A stretch of DNA of 61,913 nucleotides, the filler included, from Sphacelaria rigidula (taxonomy: Eukaryota), in the NCBI GenBank assembly GCA_964200075.2. It is 11 parts of 11 records of this genome, joined end to end, with 100 filler letters (N's around TTAATTAATTAA, not from the genome) between each part and the next. Parts side by side here need not be neighbours in the genome. Positions count along the whole stretch, not along the records: positions 11,277 to 16,814 come from CAXNAA020026517.1; positions 16,915 to 22,452 come from CAXNAA020026518.1; positions 22,553 to 28,090 come from CAXNAA020026519.1; 8 more parts are not named here. One strand, given 5' to 3'. The notes under the pieces are model-generated. The model was not told where the DNA came from. It was given only the letters and a program-made list of their open reading frames with translations, and made no database searches. The position numbers and the translations under genes were made by a program. Shown piece by piece: positions 11,350-22,611 of the stretch; positions within the stretch are counted from its first letter, which is position 1; the number at the start of each line of letters is the position of its first letter.

Positions 11350-13059
11350 GGTATATCTACAGCTGCCGAGCAATGGCACTGGTTGTCCCAAGCTTGCCGA
11401 TGTGGAGAAGCCACGATGCCTCTGTAGTGTCGTGGCGAGATGTTGTTTGCCCCATGTCGTGACGATAGGTTGCCTCATGAAGTGAAGTGACGGTCCCCTC
11501 AAGTGAAGTGAAGACACCGCTTGTCGAGTAGATATGATGTGTCGAAATGTAGGCCAATGTGAAGATACGGGTGTAGTGGCGACATGATGTGACGGGGAGC
11601 GGATGCGAATCGAAAACGGCTTGATCCAAGAAAATGACGTTTCACAATGCCGCACATCAATCAAATTGTACTAGGGACCATTCGTCATTGCTGGGCGTAG
11701 ACCATATTTCGCGCCCAGGACGACTCCAGCATAGATGCCCCGTACGTTGATCAGTAATTCGTTCGGACTCACAAATAATGATCCGAACAATTGCTCGAGC
11801 AATCCTGTGCGTGCGCTCAGCGTTCTTTGGTACAAAGTTGCAGACAGCGCGAAAACGCTGCCACCGCACACAATACAGTGCCAACAGCCTACCACTACAT
11901 GCGCTGGGCAACATGTAACAGCCAGGGACACAAGAGCTGACACGAGTGCTATTTACTGTATGTACACAGCTGAACAATGAACGCGGATTACAGTCTTGCA
12001 ATACGTCCAGGTGCACACAACTAAAAACTGCCGGCAATATGTACTTTGCGCACGCACGTTCGCTGGTTTCCGTCTTGGGACACTTCACTCTCTAGCAGTG
12101 GATCGACAGCACTTACCTCCTGCCTATACGAAACACTTCGTACACAGCGTGCCCGCTGTAACTGTGGGACACGTTGATAGAACGTGCGCACAGTACTGTA
12201 AGATTCCCAACCGGGAGTTTTCCATGTTTTGTTTTATAAAAAAGACAGTTCTCGTACACAGAAGCAAGCGTTATGCAGCACGCCGTATGTGTGATTATGG
12301 GGGTGCGTGGGGTACTTAGCCGTGCGCGGGCGCGCACAGCTGCACGTGAAAGGATGAACCACAGGACATACCTGTGCTGCCGTGTTGGCACGGAAGGTAT
12401 CAGGCATACGCTTCTACCAGGTGTTCCAGCTCCGTTCTGTCCCGCTGATGGTCACTCCGAGGAACCAACAGGCATGTAAAATTCTGGCACCTAAAAACAC
12501 GTGATCGGTGCTTGGAGGACCCCAAACTGAACGGAAAGCACGATTGTTGTGCTACACCGTACGTAGACAATACGAGAAGCAGTGCAGCTCTGTAGCGATA
12601 CAATTATGCAGTACTTCTTATCTTCTCGATTGGGCACCATGTTGTGGTCTGGCCACGAGGTGATAAGGGCATCCCTCTCCAAGCACAAGTACAGTCGGGG
12701 GTTGCAATCTGCAATCAGCCGACTTGAAAGACGGTTGCAGTCGAATGCAGCTCGCGGCACAAATACCCTTGAGTCCGACCAGCACTGCATCATAGGGCAA
12801 AGTCTTGACTCACTTTCACGTGCAGAGAACTGCTCTTGACTTGCTTGTAAGCGAGATGTCTCAAGGTGGAGGGTAGTAGCTCTATTATTAGGCTTGGCTA
12901 CTGGTGAGCTAGAACCGAAGTTGCTAGGTGGTGGAAGTTGTGAGGGGCGAGGGAATCAGGTGAAGGACGCCGAATTGGAATACAACATCGACATGCGAAT
13001 GGAATAAGATCTACTGCACTTGCCACGCGTACGCCGGAACACCCACCACATATACAGTC

Positions 13060-14510
13060 GGACGCGTCGCGTGAGGAGGGTTCAAGCTGAGGTAGCTGCA
13101 AAGGCGGCTGGCCCGTGATTGATCCAGACTGGAGACTTGCTGGAGCTGCATGCAGCGGGAGTTTATAGGACCCCACGGCTGTGTGGTGCGGCGATGAAGG
13201 CAGGTGTGAATTGTGGAGTTCGAGAAGGTTCAGAAGCCTTCGACTAGGCCTGCTCGGAAATGTCGACTGCAGAGATACCGACCGAAGAGCCAGCGGAGAC
13301 GACCATAACCCCAGTTGTTCTGAGAGAAGAGTTGCGGCCTCCCAGTTACGGGAATGTTTATTCTGAGTGTGCTTCTCGTTCGTTTTATTCGAAATATGTG
13401 GAATACAAGAAGCGGGGTCACACAGCAGGGAGTGCGGTAACGCATCCGGTGGTATCCACGGCGCAACTCGTGCCTACCCCCGTCCAACGTGTTTTAGCGA
13501 GGAGGTTCCACGAGAAGAACACAATAACGCCGCTGCAATTGGCTGCAGCGATCAAGAAGCCTGCAGGGTATGCGGCGGGCGCTGAGGTAGAGCTGACCCA
13601 GGCGTCCGCGGCCGTGGCGAAGGCTGTCGCCATGAACCACAAGGGGAAGACCATGCGTGAAAGGGTGAAGCCAATCATGGGAAAGTTGGAGACATACTTT
13701 TCAGAAAATCCCAACGTCGAGATGGTTTATCGTTCCTCCGATGGGAAATTTCGTCCAGGGCCCGCTGCGGTGATCACGAAAGCGACGGTGGAGGGTCTGG
13801 CACCGGCGGAATTCAAACAGACCGTGCTTGTGAAAGTACAGCACGAAACCAATTGGAAGTCAGACCCGTACTTAGTTATGGATACCGTGGTGTCTGAAGC
13901 CCAGGCATGGCGGAAGGTTGCAGTATTCGGGAAATCACCTCCTTCGTCGCCGCAGTCTTCGACTTCGCGTAACCGCGGATCAAAATCCGCAGGCAGTGCC
14001 GCCGCCAACATCATTTGCTTTCAGTGTGGCCAGGTAGGCCACTACGCACGCAAGTGCCCAACGTCTTCCGAGGGGGAGTCTGGGTACACGAGTGCCGCGC
14101 GCCCTCGCAATCACAACGGAGGAAAAGGTATAACTGGGGTAGTGGCGGAGGCAGATCCTCCAGCGGTGGAGGTGTGCAATCGAGTTCCCAGCAACAGCAG
14201 CAGCAGCAGCAGCGTCAGCGTCAGCAGAGATCCAGTTTTGCGTCCGGCTCAGCCGCAGGGGCTGCTGCTCCGCAACGGGCGGTGCAGGTGGGACCGACCA
14301 CTCAAGTGTCGGGCTCGGTGCCGGCGCCGCCGGCAGCAGAGCAAGGCAAGACGCCTGCTGCTGAGCCGGTCGGATTTCAGCTGAAATTTGGGTCCGCTGC
14401 TGCGTCGGCCGGAGTACTGCTGCAATTTGGTTCTGCGGGCGGGGCTTCGTACCCGCCGGCGGTGCCGGTTACTCCAGCGAGGGCGTCTTTGCCTGCGCCG
14501 CACGCGCATG
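13060..14510 (+). mobile_element. gag: Ty3/gypsy family G1: 5' leader and gag (ATG 13260, frameshift near 14135), truncated before the protease
   Basis: CCHC knuckle CFQCGQVGHYARKC; leader and protein colinear with the minus-strand element at 47450-50215, which continues into PR-RT-RH-INT. Confidence 0.85.
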
Positions 14511-14951
14511 TAGAGCAGTCCACCTCCAGTACACGTACGTGCAGGTTCATGATAATCTACAAGTGGAACAATCTGCTGTAGGTGTTTTCTATTGGTTGAC
14601 GGACTTGCGGGTCTGATCGGCAGACCATGTGGATTTGAACATCACATGCTTCACGCATGTGGTTACTTCCGATAACGAAGGCTATGTGTTTATGAATAAC
14701 AACTGTCTTGAAGTCTCCAGGCCCTAGTGAGGGAGGAAGCCCTTGGAGCAATCTTGTGACCTTGTTCTGAGTCCAGGAGGGCTCTATAATAAACGTTCAT
14801 TAAGAGGAAGAGTCCAGGAGGGTTTCTGGAAGAGGTTTCAGCTGTGGACAGCTGCGGAGAAACTATATCAAAATTTGAACACAGTAGTGTGCACTCTGTA
14901 ACGTGAGGGAGCTCGCTGGCAACGGAGAGACGGCTAGGTTGGCTGGAACTG

Positions 14952-16814
14952 TTGCGTGCAGCTATGGCAACGCGCAAGAAAGTGGACGATGGCGACGCAG
15001 GCGAAGAGGTGAAGTTTAAGTTTACTGAGCTTATGCCTGCAGGATCGCTGAAAGTCCCAGAGTACGGACGGCATTTTAGCAAAAATGCGTCCCGACGTTT
15101 TTATCAGAAATACGTCGAGTATGAAGAGCCGGTCAAAATGAACAACAAAGAACGTAGTATGCAGGCCGTCTTACTGACTGTTTCTGAACTGGTGCCGAAG
15201 CACATCCGTGCGTGTTTGTCACGCACGATTTTTGACGGATCCGTGCTTGACGAAGATGATCTCAAGGAGGCACTAGGCCGACACGCGAAATGTTGGGAGG
15301 ATGAAGAGATTGATCCTTCAGTTGCTGCTGCTGGTGTGCGGAAAGCGTTGGCGGCCCGCAACGAGCAGACTGCAATGGGAAGAGTAGAAGGGCAGTGGGC
15401 TGCCCTGGAGGATTTCTTTGCGGAGAGTACTAGCGCTGAGAGTGCGTTCCGCGATGATGAAGATTTCAAACCAGGATCCGCTCAAATCATAACTCGGGAA
15501 ATGTTGAATGGACTGACTCCCCCCCCGAATTCAAAACTAAAGTTCTCAACATGTTGAACATGAAGAGGGGGTGGGAGGAGGACCCTGGACTTGTGTTCAA
15601 CACGGCTCGGGAAGCAGCGGAGGCATGGAAGACGGTGGAAGCGGCGGATAAGCAGCGCCGTCAGCAGCCGCAGCTGAAAAGGAGTGGCAACGGGACTCCC
15701 GGAAGCAAGCGCCAACCAAATGATGAAAATATGGTGAGAAGTGGAAATGGGACTGCCAGTTCCGGGAAAACCCGCACACCAGGCCCAAACTATACAGGAT
15801 GTTTCATATGTGGACACAAGGGCCATTTCCGGAAGGATTGCAAGCAGCAAGGCCAGGCTGCTGCTACACAACGTAGTGACGGTGGGCAGACGAAGGCTGG
15901 CGACAAGCAGCAGCAACAACAGCAGCTGTCGCATGGCCCTGGACAAGTGCCTCACGGAGGGGGGCACGAGTCCCGCCCCTGCAAGGACTGTCTTTTCAGC
16001 CGATGGACAAAGTGCTCTCCGCGGGGGGGCGACGTTGCCACCAGAACCGGTCGCTTCTACTGGTGGCGTGCAGTAGACCATCTCATCGCATTCGTTCCCG
16101 GGTTCGAAATCTGAGGCGGTGCCGGCATGGAGATCGCTCAAAGCGGGTGAGGTGTCAGGTTTTCAATCTGAGGGTCTGCAAGTAGATAACAAGGAAAGAT
16201 GGTGTCTTGCCGACTTGTCTGTCCCGAGTGCAGGGGAAAAGGGTGTTTGTCCGATCAAGGCCATTTTAGACTCGGGATCTGGAATTACGACAATGTCAGT
16301 GGGTGTAGCGACGAAATAACAAGCTATGGTTCCAGATGTTCGAGTGGTCACACCGATGGTTGATGAGCAGCTGGTGGCACTGGCTAACGGCAATGTTGAG
16401 CGCGTGGAGCAGAAAACTTGCCCTGTCCGAACCGCTTCACGCACCAGCTGGGGACCGGTTGTGCTGGACCAATGTTCATATGCGGTCATGCCGGGTACAG
16501 ATGATGTGATCATCATGGGGAGCCCTACGCTGGAGGCGCTGGGCATTGGTGTGTACAGTAGCTTAGGTGCCTGTGCACGTGCAAGAAACACTTCGGTGCG
16601 AGGTGTGAACACATCTGATTTTACGGACTGTCGGCGTGTCAGTACCGCGGTTGACGCTTTACAGCAACCAGGAGGCCGGGCGGAGCCCGTTTATTCCTCA
16701 GTCGAGCGGTTGTTGTCGAGAAGTCCAGCGATGAGCATATCCCCGGAACAAGAGCTTGCTGAGCTTGATGTTGCGCCGGAGGAGGCAGTACAAGCCGCCG
16801 CGGATAACGGCATA
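14952..16814 (+). pseudogene. gag-pol: Second Ty3/gypsy gag-protease (related family G2), frameshifted, cut by the contig end
   Basis: N-terminus PEYGRHFSKNASRRFYQKYVEYEE resembles G1 gag; knuckle CFICGHKGHFRKDC; aspartic protease motif ILDSGSGITT; in-frame stop near 16319. Confidence 0.85.
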
Positions 16815-16914
16815 NNNNNNNNNNNNNNNNNNNNNNNNNNNNNNNNNNNNNNNNNNNNTTAATTAATTAANNNNNNNNNNNNNNNNNNNNNNNNNNNNNN
16901 NNNNNNNNNNNNNN

Positions 16915-16979
16915 AGTTGCTTTATTCTGTGGTATCGCCGCTTCCAGAGACAGCCACAGCTTTTACACTGCCTCATGGG
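16915..16979. repeat. Dispersed repeat at contig start
   Basis: AGTTGCTTTATT.TGTGGTATCG...CTTCCAGAGACA.CCAC.GCTTTTACACTGCCTCATGGG shared with 39470-39534. Confidence 0.8.
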
Positions 16980-17962
16980 TGTCTAACCGCTGGGGGGGAG
17001 GGGAATCAGGAACTCATTGGAGCGAGTTGAAGTTTCAGCAAAAACGGGGAAAATACTACTCGTATAACTCCCTTTAATTGATAAAAACGACGGCAAAGCC
17101 AGCTCCAACACATACTGGCACTCGCGTCAACGACATTCTTCTGGTGAATGAAGTTTTGGCCAAAAATACCTCAAATTGGGCGCGGCATCGCACTTTTCGT
17201 GTGACACGCCCACGCCCGTTTAATTCTAGTGATACAGGAGACTCCAATTATGGAGGTCATGAGTTCGAATCCCGACAGATTCTCTTTTTGTTTCGTCCGT
17301 CGGGCTTTTCATTTATTTTTCTTCATTCAGCGGTGGTGTCGTGTGTTACCAGTTGGTCTGCACTTCACAGCGATATGCTCGAGTCGCGCTGATTTGGAAC
17401 ACTTGAGAACTTGTGGTGTGGAAAGGGAATGCGGGATTTACTGCTGGCCCAGCCCTTACTCCGACGCTCCTGACTGACTGTCAGTAGTGGGTACACCCGT
17501 ACAGCTGTACACTGCCATGGGCTCGAGCACCTCTTTTCAAGCTGCACAGTGAGCCTAGGCAGCAAAGGTTAACTTCTCGTGGCAAAATAATGTCTTATTC
17601 CAAAAGTGCAAGGCACATGAAGGTAAACCCGCACCCGTTTCAATTACTGTACGCATATTTCCACCGCTTTTTTTCGACTCTTTAGGTATGTCCTGTAGTA
17701 TCTTTCGTGGAAATTTTTGTCGAATCGTCATTTTCTTGTACTTACGATCGTCGCACACACGTCACACCGAACTCCACAACACACCCTTCCAAGCCCCCTT
17801 CCCCACATCTCTACATCCAACACTCTCATAAGGTCGTAAACACAGCACGACACCGTACAATCAACTACTTTCCATACAATACAGCGTACCACAGTGTAGC
17901 GCAGTGCAGTGCCGTACATTCAGCACAGCTTCACTCTACATTTGGACCTCGTCAATTCAACT

Positions 17963-18085
17963 ATGTGGCACGTTTTCGGCGCTCTGGTGGTGCTCGGGTG
18001 TGCCGCCGCCACCTTCGCTGCGAAAGAAGAACAAGCAACAGATCCAGATTGCGATAGACACAAGCATCAGCGACGCGACCCCAAG
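17963..18085 (+). CDS. Exon 1 of a secreted GDSL-family lipase/esterase (signal peptide)
   Basis: MWHVFGALVVLGCAAATFAAKEEQ...RDPK, hydrophobic N-terminus; donor AAG|GTATGT, phase 0, compatible with the exon at 20818. Confidence 0.6.
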
Positions 18086-19610
18086 GTATGTGCTCATAGA
18101 TACACGGTATCGTACCGCATCATCTGCATGTGTGTACTAACACCCTGCTCATAGAGTGTACCGCAGCATATGCCCAATACTAGTAATGTTTTTACGAGCA
18201 GTCCGACGAGGTCATCGGACTGTCCGCTCGTGGGAAATACGAGGGGATAACCGCGAGCTTTCGGGAAGTGGGTTTCTGGTTGTCGACCATTATATTCATG
18301 GTTGGCACACATGGCTTTCATCCTTTGACCGGGAGGATGGTTCACCTGCTGGATCGGGCTCAACATCACTCGAAAGAGCGTGTGTCATCTAGATGGCCTA
18401 CCAGCATCGGCTTAGCAACGGTAACTCGGCGCACAATCCAAAACAGCCGAGGTCTACCATTCCGTTTACGGGGTATAGCACCCCCTGCATCACCCTCCCG
18501 CAATCGCGATTCTCAAGCTCAACTCCTGGAAGACTAGATGATGAGATGACGCCGCTACAGGTGGCACAATAGTGTGTGCCCGTAAACACCTAGCTGTCGG
18601 GAGGCTTTTGTCGACATCAATATGCCTATACGAGTATTAGTGCATTGGCATACTTTTGTGCCTTTTGGTTGCAGTTCCTGTCACATCATACTAGCAAACT
18701 CTTCTCATCATCGCAGGGTAACTTCTCTTTTCTGGGAATTTCAGTAGCAACATTTTCTTCCACTCTAAAAAAGAGGCGGAATTGATGCGGTGGAATTGAT
18801 TCGGTTCGTTTTGCTGTTTTCGGGTCCGAGGGAACTTGCACGCTTTCGATCGAAAAAGGCGGTGGAAATCGTGAAGCAGCACTTGTTCACTTGTATTTAG
18901 TGTCCAACTATTCGAGACCGACAGGACAGGAGCGCTGTCTGTTTACCGTCTGCACAAAATGTTTGTGTTTCGTACTGTAGAATCTGAAAAAGGGGGCAAC
19001 GTTCAGTACAAACAAGGCAGCACAGGACTGTCCATACGTGCCTTCATAGAGAAGGATGTTGAACAAGATTCGAACAATAGCAAGTATTACGCTGCCCGTA
19101 GTGTACTGTTGTACTGTACTCTACTACTGTTCAGTACTGTCTACGAGCGTCTTCGGGCAAGTCGGTCGTCCGCTCTACCGCGCAATTCCGTCCCTGACCC
19201 CTACGACGAAAAGATGCTCAAGTTTCCGCTGGCAAAAAATACGCACCATGGCTCTCTGGCAGTCTCAGTTCCCCATTACCGTGTAGTTCATGTACCCTGC
19301 GCTCAACTCGTGATCTATGCTGCGGCTTGTGTTGTTTCGTTGGGAAAGTTGTGTGAAGTTTGCATTGTTCTGTTAAAGGGCACTGGGAAAAGACATTTAA
19401 TCAATCTCCGAGGAAAATGGGCGGTCTCCGAGAAAAATGCAAGTTTGACAGAGAAAAAAACTGCAGACATCGCAAAAACGTGCAGGTGTGCAGGAAGCGT
19501 CTCAACGAGTACAGGAGGGCTACCCGGGTGTCAAAGTTCACCTGGCTCTCGTTGGGGCGTGAACGACGTACGTAGAAACTCGAAAACGGCAGTTTTCCAA
19601 ACTTGTGTCC

Positions 19611-19873
19611 GAGCAATGCTACGATAGGGGTTGCACTTTTTGTTTTGTTTTTTTGGGGGGGGGTTAGGAGCCCAAATATATGGGGCTTACTTTGCAACCC
19701 CAATCTCCGGGGACCGGACACGGAGATACACACAGAGGCCTTTTTTTCGTGAATCGGCATCATTTTCACTCTTTTCAAGTAAAAATGATGCCGACTCTCA
19801 AAATGACCCGTCCAATGCCCCGAGAAACATTTTCGCTAGAACAAGTGCAATCACCCCTATCGTAGCATCACTC
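19611..19873. mobile_element. 263-bp MITE with GAG-initiated TIRs (Sola2-like) in the GDSL intron
   Basis: Left GAGCAATGCTACGATAGGGGTTGCACTT vs right reverse complement GAGTGATGCTACGATAGGGGTGATTGCACTT; flanks GTCC/TTCC; similar TIR near 28016 and 33631. Confidence 0.65.
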
Positions 19874-20817
19874 TTCCCGCAAAAAGCCTCCAATTCTCAC
19901 ACTGTCGTTCCTCGGTGGAATGTTTGATGTAGCCCTGTCCCACCGGTGGAATGGTTGAATGTCTGTCGCTCTATAAAGGTCGTTGTCATCTCTTGGACAG
20001 CGAGAGTTGGTCACATGTGGAATCTGCATCAATTTCACTTAAAAAAATTATGCATCACCCAGGCGACCTACCCTCGCGGTCTTCTAGGGGTTAACGGGGC
20101 TGTTTTTCTTTAACGTAGTCCAACTTTTTCGGGGACAAAATTTCCTCCACGAAAAACATGATGGCATATTTCTCAACCAGATCAAGAGATGAATCAACTG
20201 AAGACTGACTACATGTTATTACACTGAAAATCTATCATAGCGTTGGGATTTTTTTCCAGCAATTTTTCATCCGAATAAGATGGATGATTTCTCGAAAAAG
20301 TCGAAAAAGTCTGAAAAAAAGTCCCGTTCATGGAGTCGTCTCAATCTCGAGATCCCATTAATTATTATTCCACTGTAATTTACAGTCGAATATATCGGGA
20401 ACCTCAAATTTTAGATATCTCTATTTATAATACCAGCTCTAACTTATGGATTACCGAATGACAATAGTAACGAGCGCAACGTAACCACAAACAAGATGAC
20501 CTAGCGAAAGTACACGAAGAACCTTCTTCTCATGGTTATTATATAACAGTACTGCCCGTCCTTGCACGTTCAACAGAGTTTGGGCCGAGTTGCGTTTTAT
20601 TTCGGCTCGGCTTTTTTCACGATCTCGCCTCGCATCCAAACACTAGGCGTTGTTTCAGCAGCGTATGTAGTTAGTACATATGTTTATATGGAACCTAACC
20701 CTAACCCTATAACCCGAGTTTATGACAATCCACGACTGCAGTTCGTGATGAATCAGAGAACGTGCATAATGTCTCTTCCATCGAAGCCGAACTTTTGTAT
20801 GACGCACATTCATGCAG

Positions 20818-20940
20818 ATGGTCGTGTTTGGAGACTCGCTCTCCGACGCGGGCAGAAGATTCTCCGCCCCTGGCAGCTTCGACTTCCCAGAGATCGGAAA
20901 GTTCCCCTGGAGAAGACTCTACGATGCGGAGGATCCTGAG
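20818..20940 (+). CDS. Exon 2 of the GDSL (SGNH) lipase/esterase, catalytic Ser block I
   Basis: TGCAG|ATG acceptor, MVVFGDSLSDAGRRF...EDPE, donor GAG|GTACGC. Confidence 0.85.
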
Positions 20941-22365
20941 GTACGCATTGCACGACATTTTCAAAACCCATCAACACCGTTCGGTCACCGTCAGCGACTA
21001 TACTGTAGGAACAGAATTGTCGGGTACTCGGCAAGTGTTGCCAATAGCCGCTTTTCTTCATACAATTTCGGTCCACCTACCGTTATATACTCATGAGAGT
21101 AGTAGAAGAAATGTACCTCATTTTGTCCAGGCGACGGTTACGTGATGTCAACATGTTAGTAGTACCGTCGTAGCGCGGGATTAATTTGCTGATTTTGTTG
21201 TGGTTGTTTGAGCGCCGTTTGGGTACAGAAAACAAAAACACAACGCCCGGTCCGGTTGCAGACAGTTCAGGTATTTTGCTTTATTTCTGCGCATATGAGC
21301 ACCACCACGTTCATAGTAAAAAAACCAGGTGGCTGACATATTGATACCAGGTTCGATACGTTCAAATGCTCTCGCGTGTTTTTTTCTTCCATGATGAATA
21401 TCCTCTTTCATTCCCTGTCTTTTGTTATCGTGTGTAAAACTCCAAATCGCTTTTTCGGTTGGTTCAGATAATACCCCCCAAACTAAACCGTCGATCCTAA
21501 CAACGTGTGAGCAAAGGGGTGTTGGAGGAGTTAACTTCGACGTATTTAGCGGCCGTCTGACTTGGGGTTAAGGCTGTTCCATTGAGGAGGCTTATCGGTA
21601 AAGCCCACGTTACTGGACTGGTGATGCAGTAGTGAAGCATTTGTTTTCCATGTTTTGACCGTTACATGTGGTGGGATTCACTACTATGGTTGGCGTGTGT
21701 CGGACCCAGGCACCTACTGTATATGTGGTCGGCCTTGGGTAGCCATGGTGCTTGCGCCCACCTCATCACTTCCCTTCTCTTTGCTTCGTCTCGCTGTACA
21801 ATACTACTCTTGTACAACATCCTGATCGGCCGTGTCCGTTGACCGACTCCATCAGCCGTGTCCATCGATTCCCGCCAACGGATGACCAATCACGCAGCAA
21901 AGGCTGCGTCTCATTCATTTCCTGGTTTTACTTTCGATGCGTGGCCCTCCCGCAATTGTTTTGAGTCAAGCCAAGGGTATACTTGAACCTGAACTGTTGA
22001 CTTCAAACACTACGAGGGCGTGCGTTGGCGGACCTGATGCGTCGTGTGTACGTTGCGACGGCTTCTGATCTGTTTGGGGCTGCACAAACCCAGATATGCT
22101 TCTGGTTCATAGTGCCAATTGTCGCTCTCTATATTTCCGTTGTTTAGTATACTCTTCACACGGACGAGTATCTACGATTCACAAAGGAGCGCGCGAACGC
22201 ACAGGCGCGCACCCAGCCCGTGTCGATCATGTTCGGCGCCAAATCATGTTTTTTAGAGATGACACAAGATATTCTCATGTGCCACCAGCTTATCTCAGCG
22301 TTTTTTTTCCGTTGGATTCTTCCTGGATAACTTCCTCCCCCTCCTTTTATATAGTGCTCCGTCTC

Positions 22366-22436
22366 GAAAGGGATGCGAGGTCAATGGTCAGACGACTAAG
22401 GCAAGCAACAAATGAGTACGCCCCCCCCCCCCTCCT
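22366..22436. repeat. Dispersed repeat
   Basis: GATGCG.GGTCAATGGTCA.ACG.CTAA.GCAAGCAACAAATGAG.ACGCCCCCCC shared with 33934-33998. Confidence 0.8.
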
Positions 22437-22611
22437 TTTATCTTACACACATNNNNNNNNNNNNNNNNNNNNNNNNNNNNNNNNNNNNNNNNNNNNTTAA
22501 TTAATTAANNNNNNNNNNNNNNNNNNNNNNNNNNNNNNNNNNNNNNNNNNNNTGGGGAAAGCACTGTTAAAGGCTTGAACCTCATCTCGGAGTTAAACCT
22601 CAATTCGCACA

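Noticed and set aside
12318..12340. GC hairpin followed by CTAAGT on the minus strand as a Helitron end
   Set aside because: No spacer between hairpin and terminus and no second copy in the window
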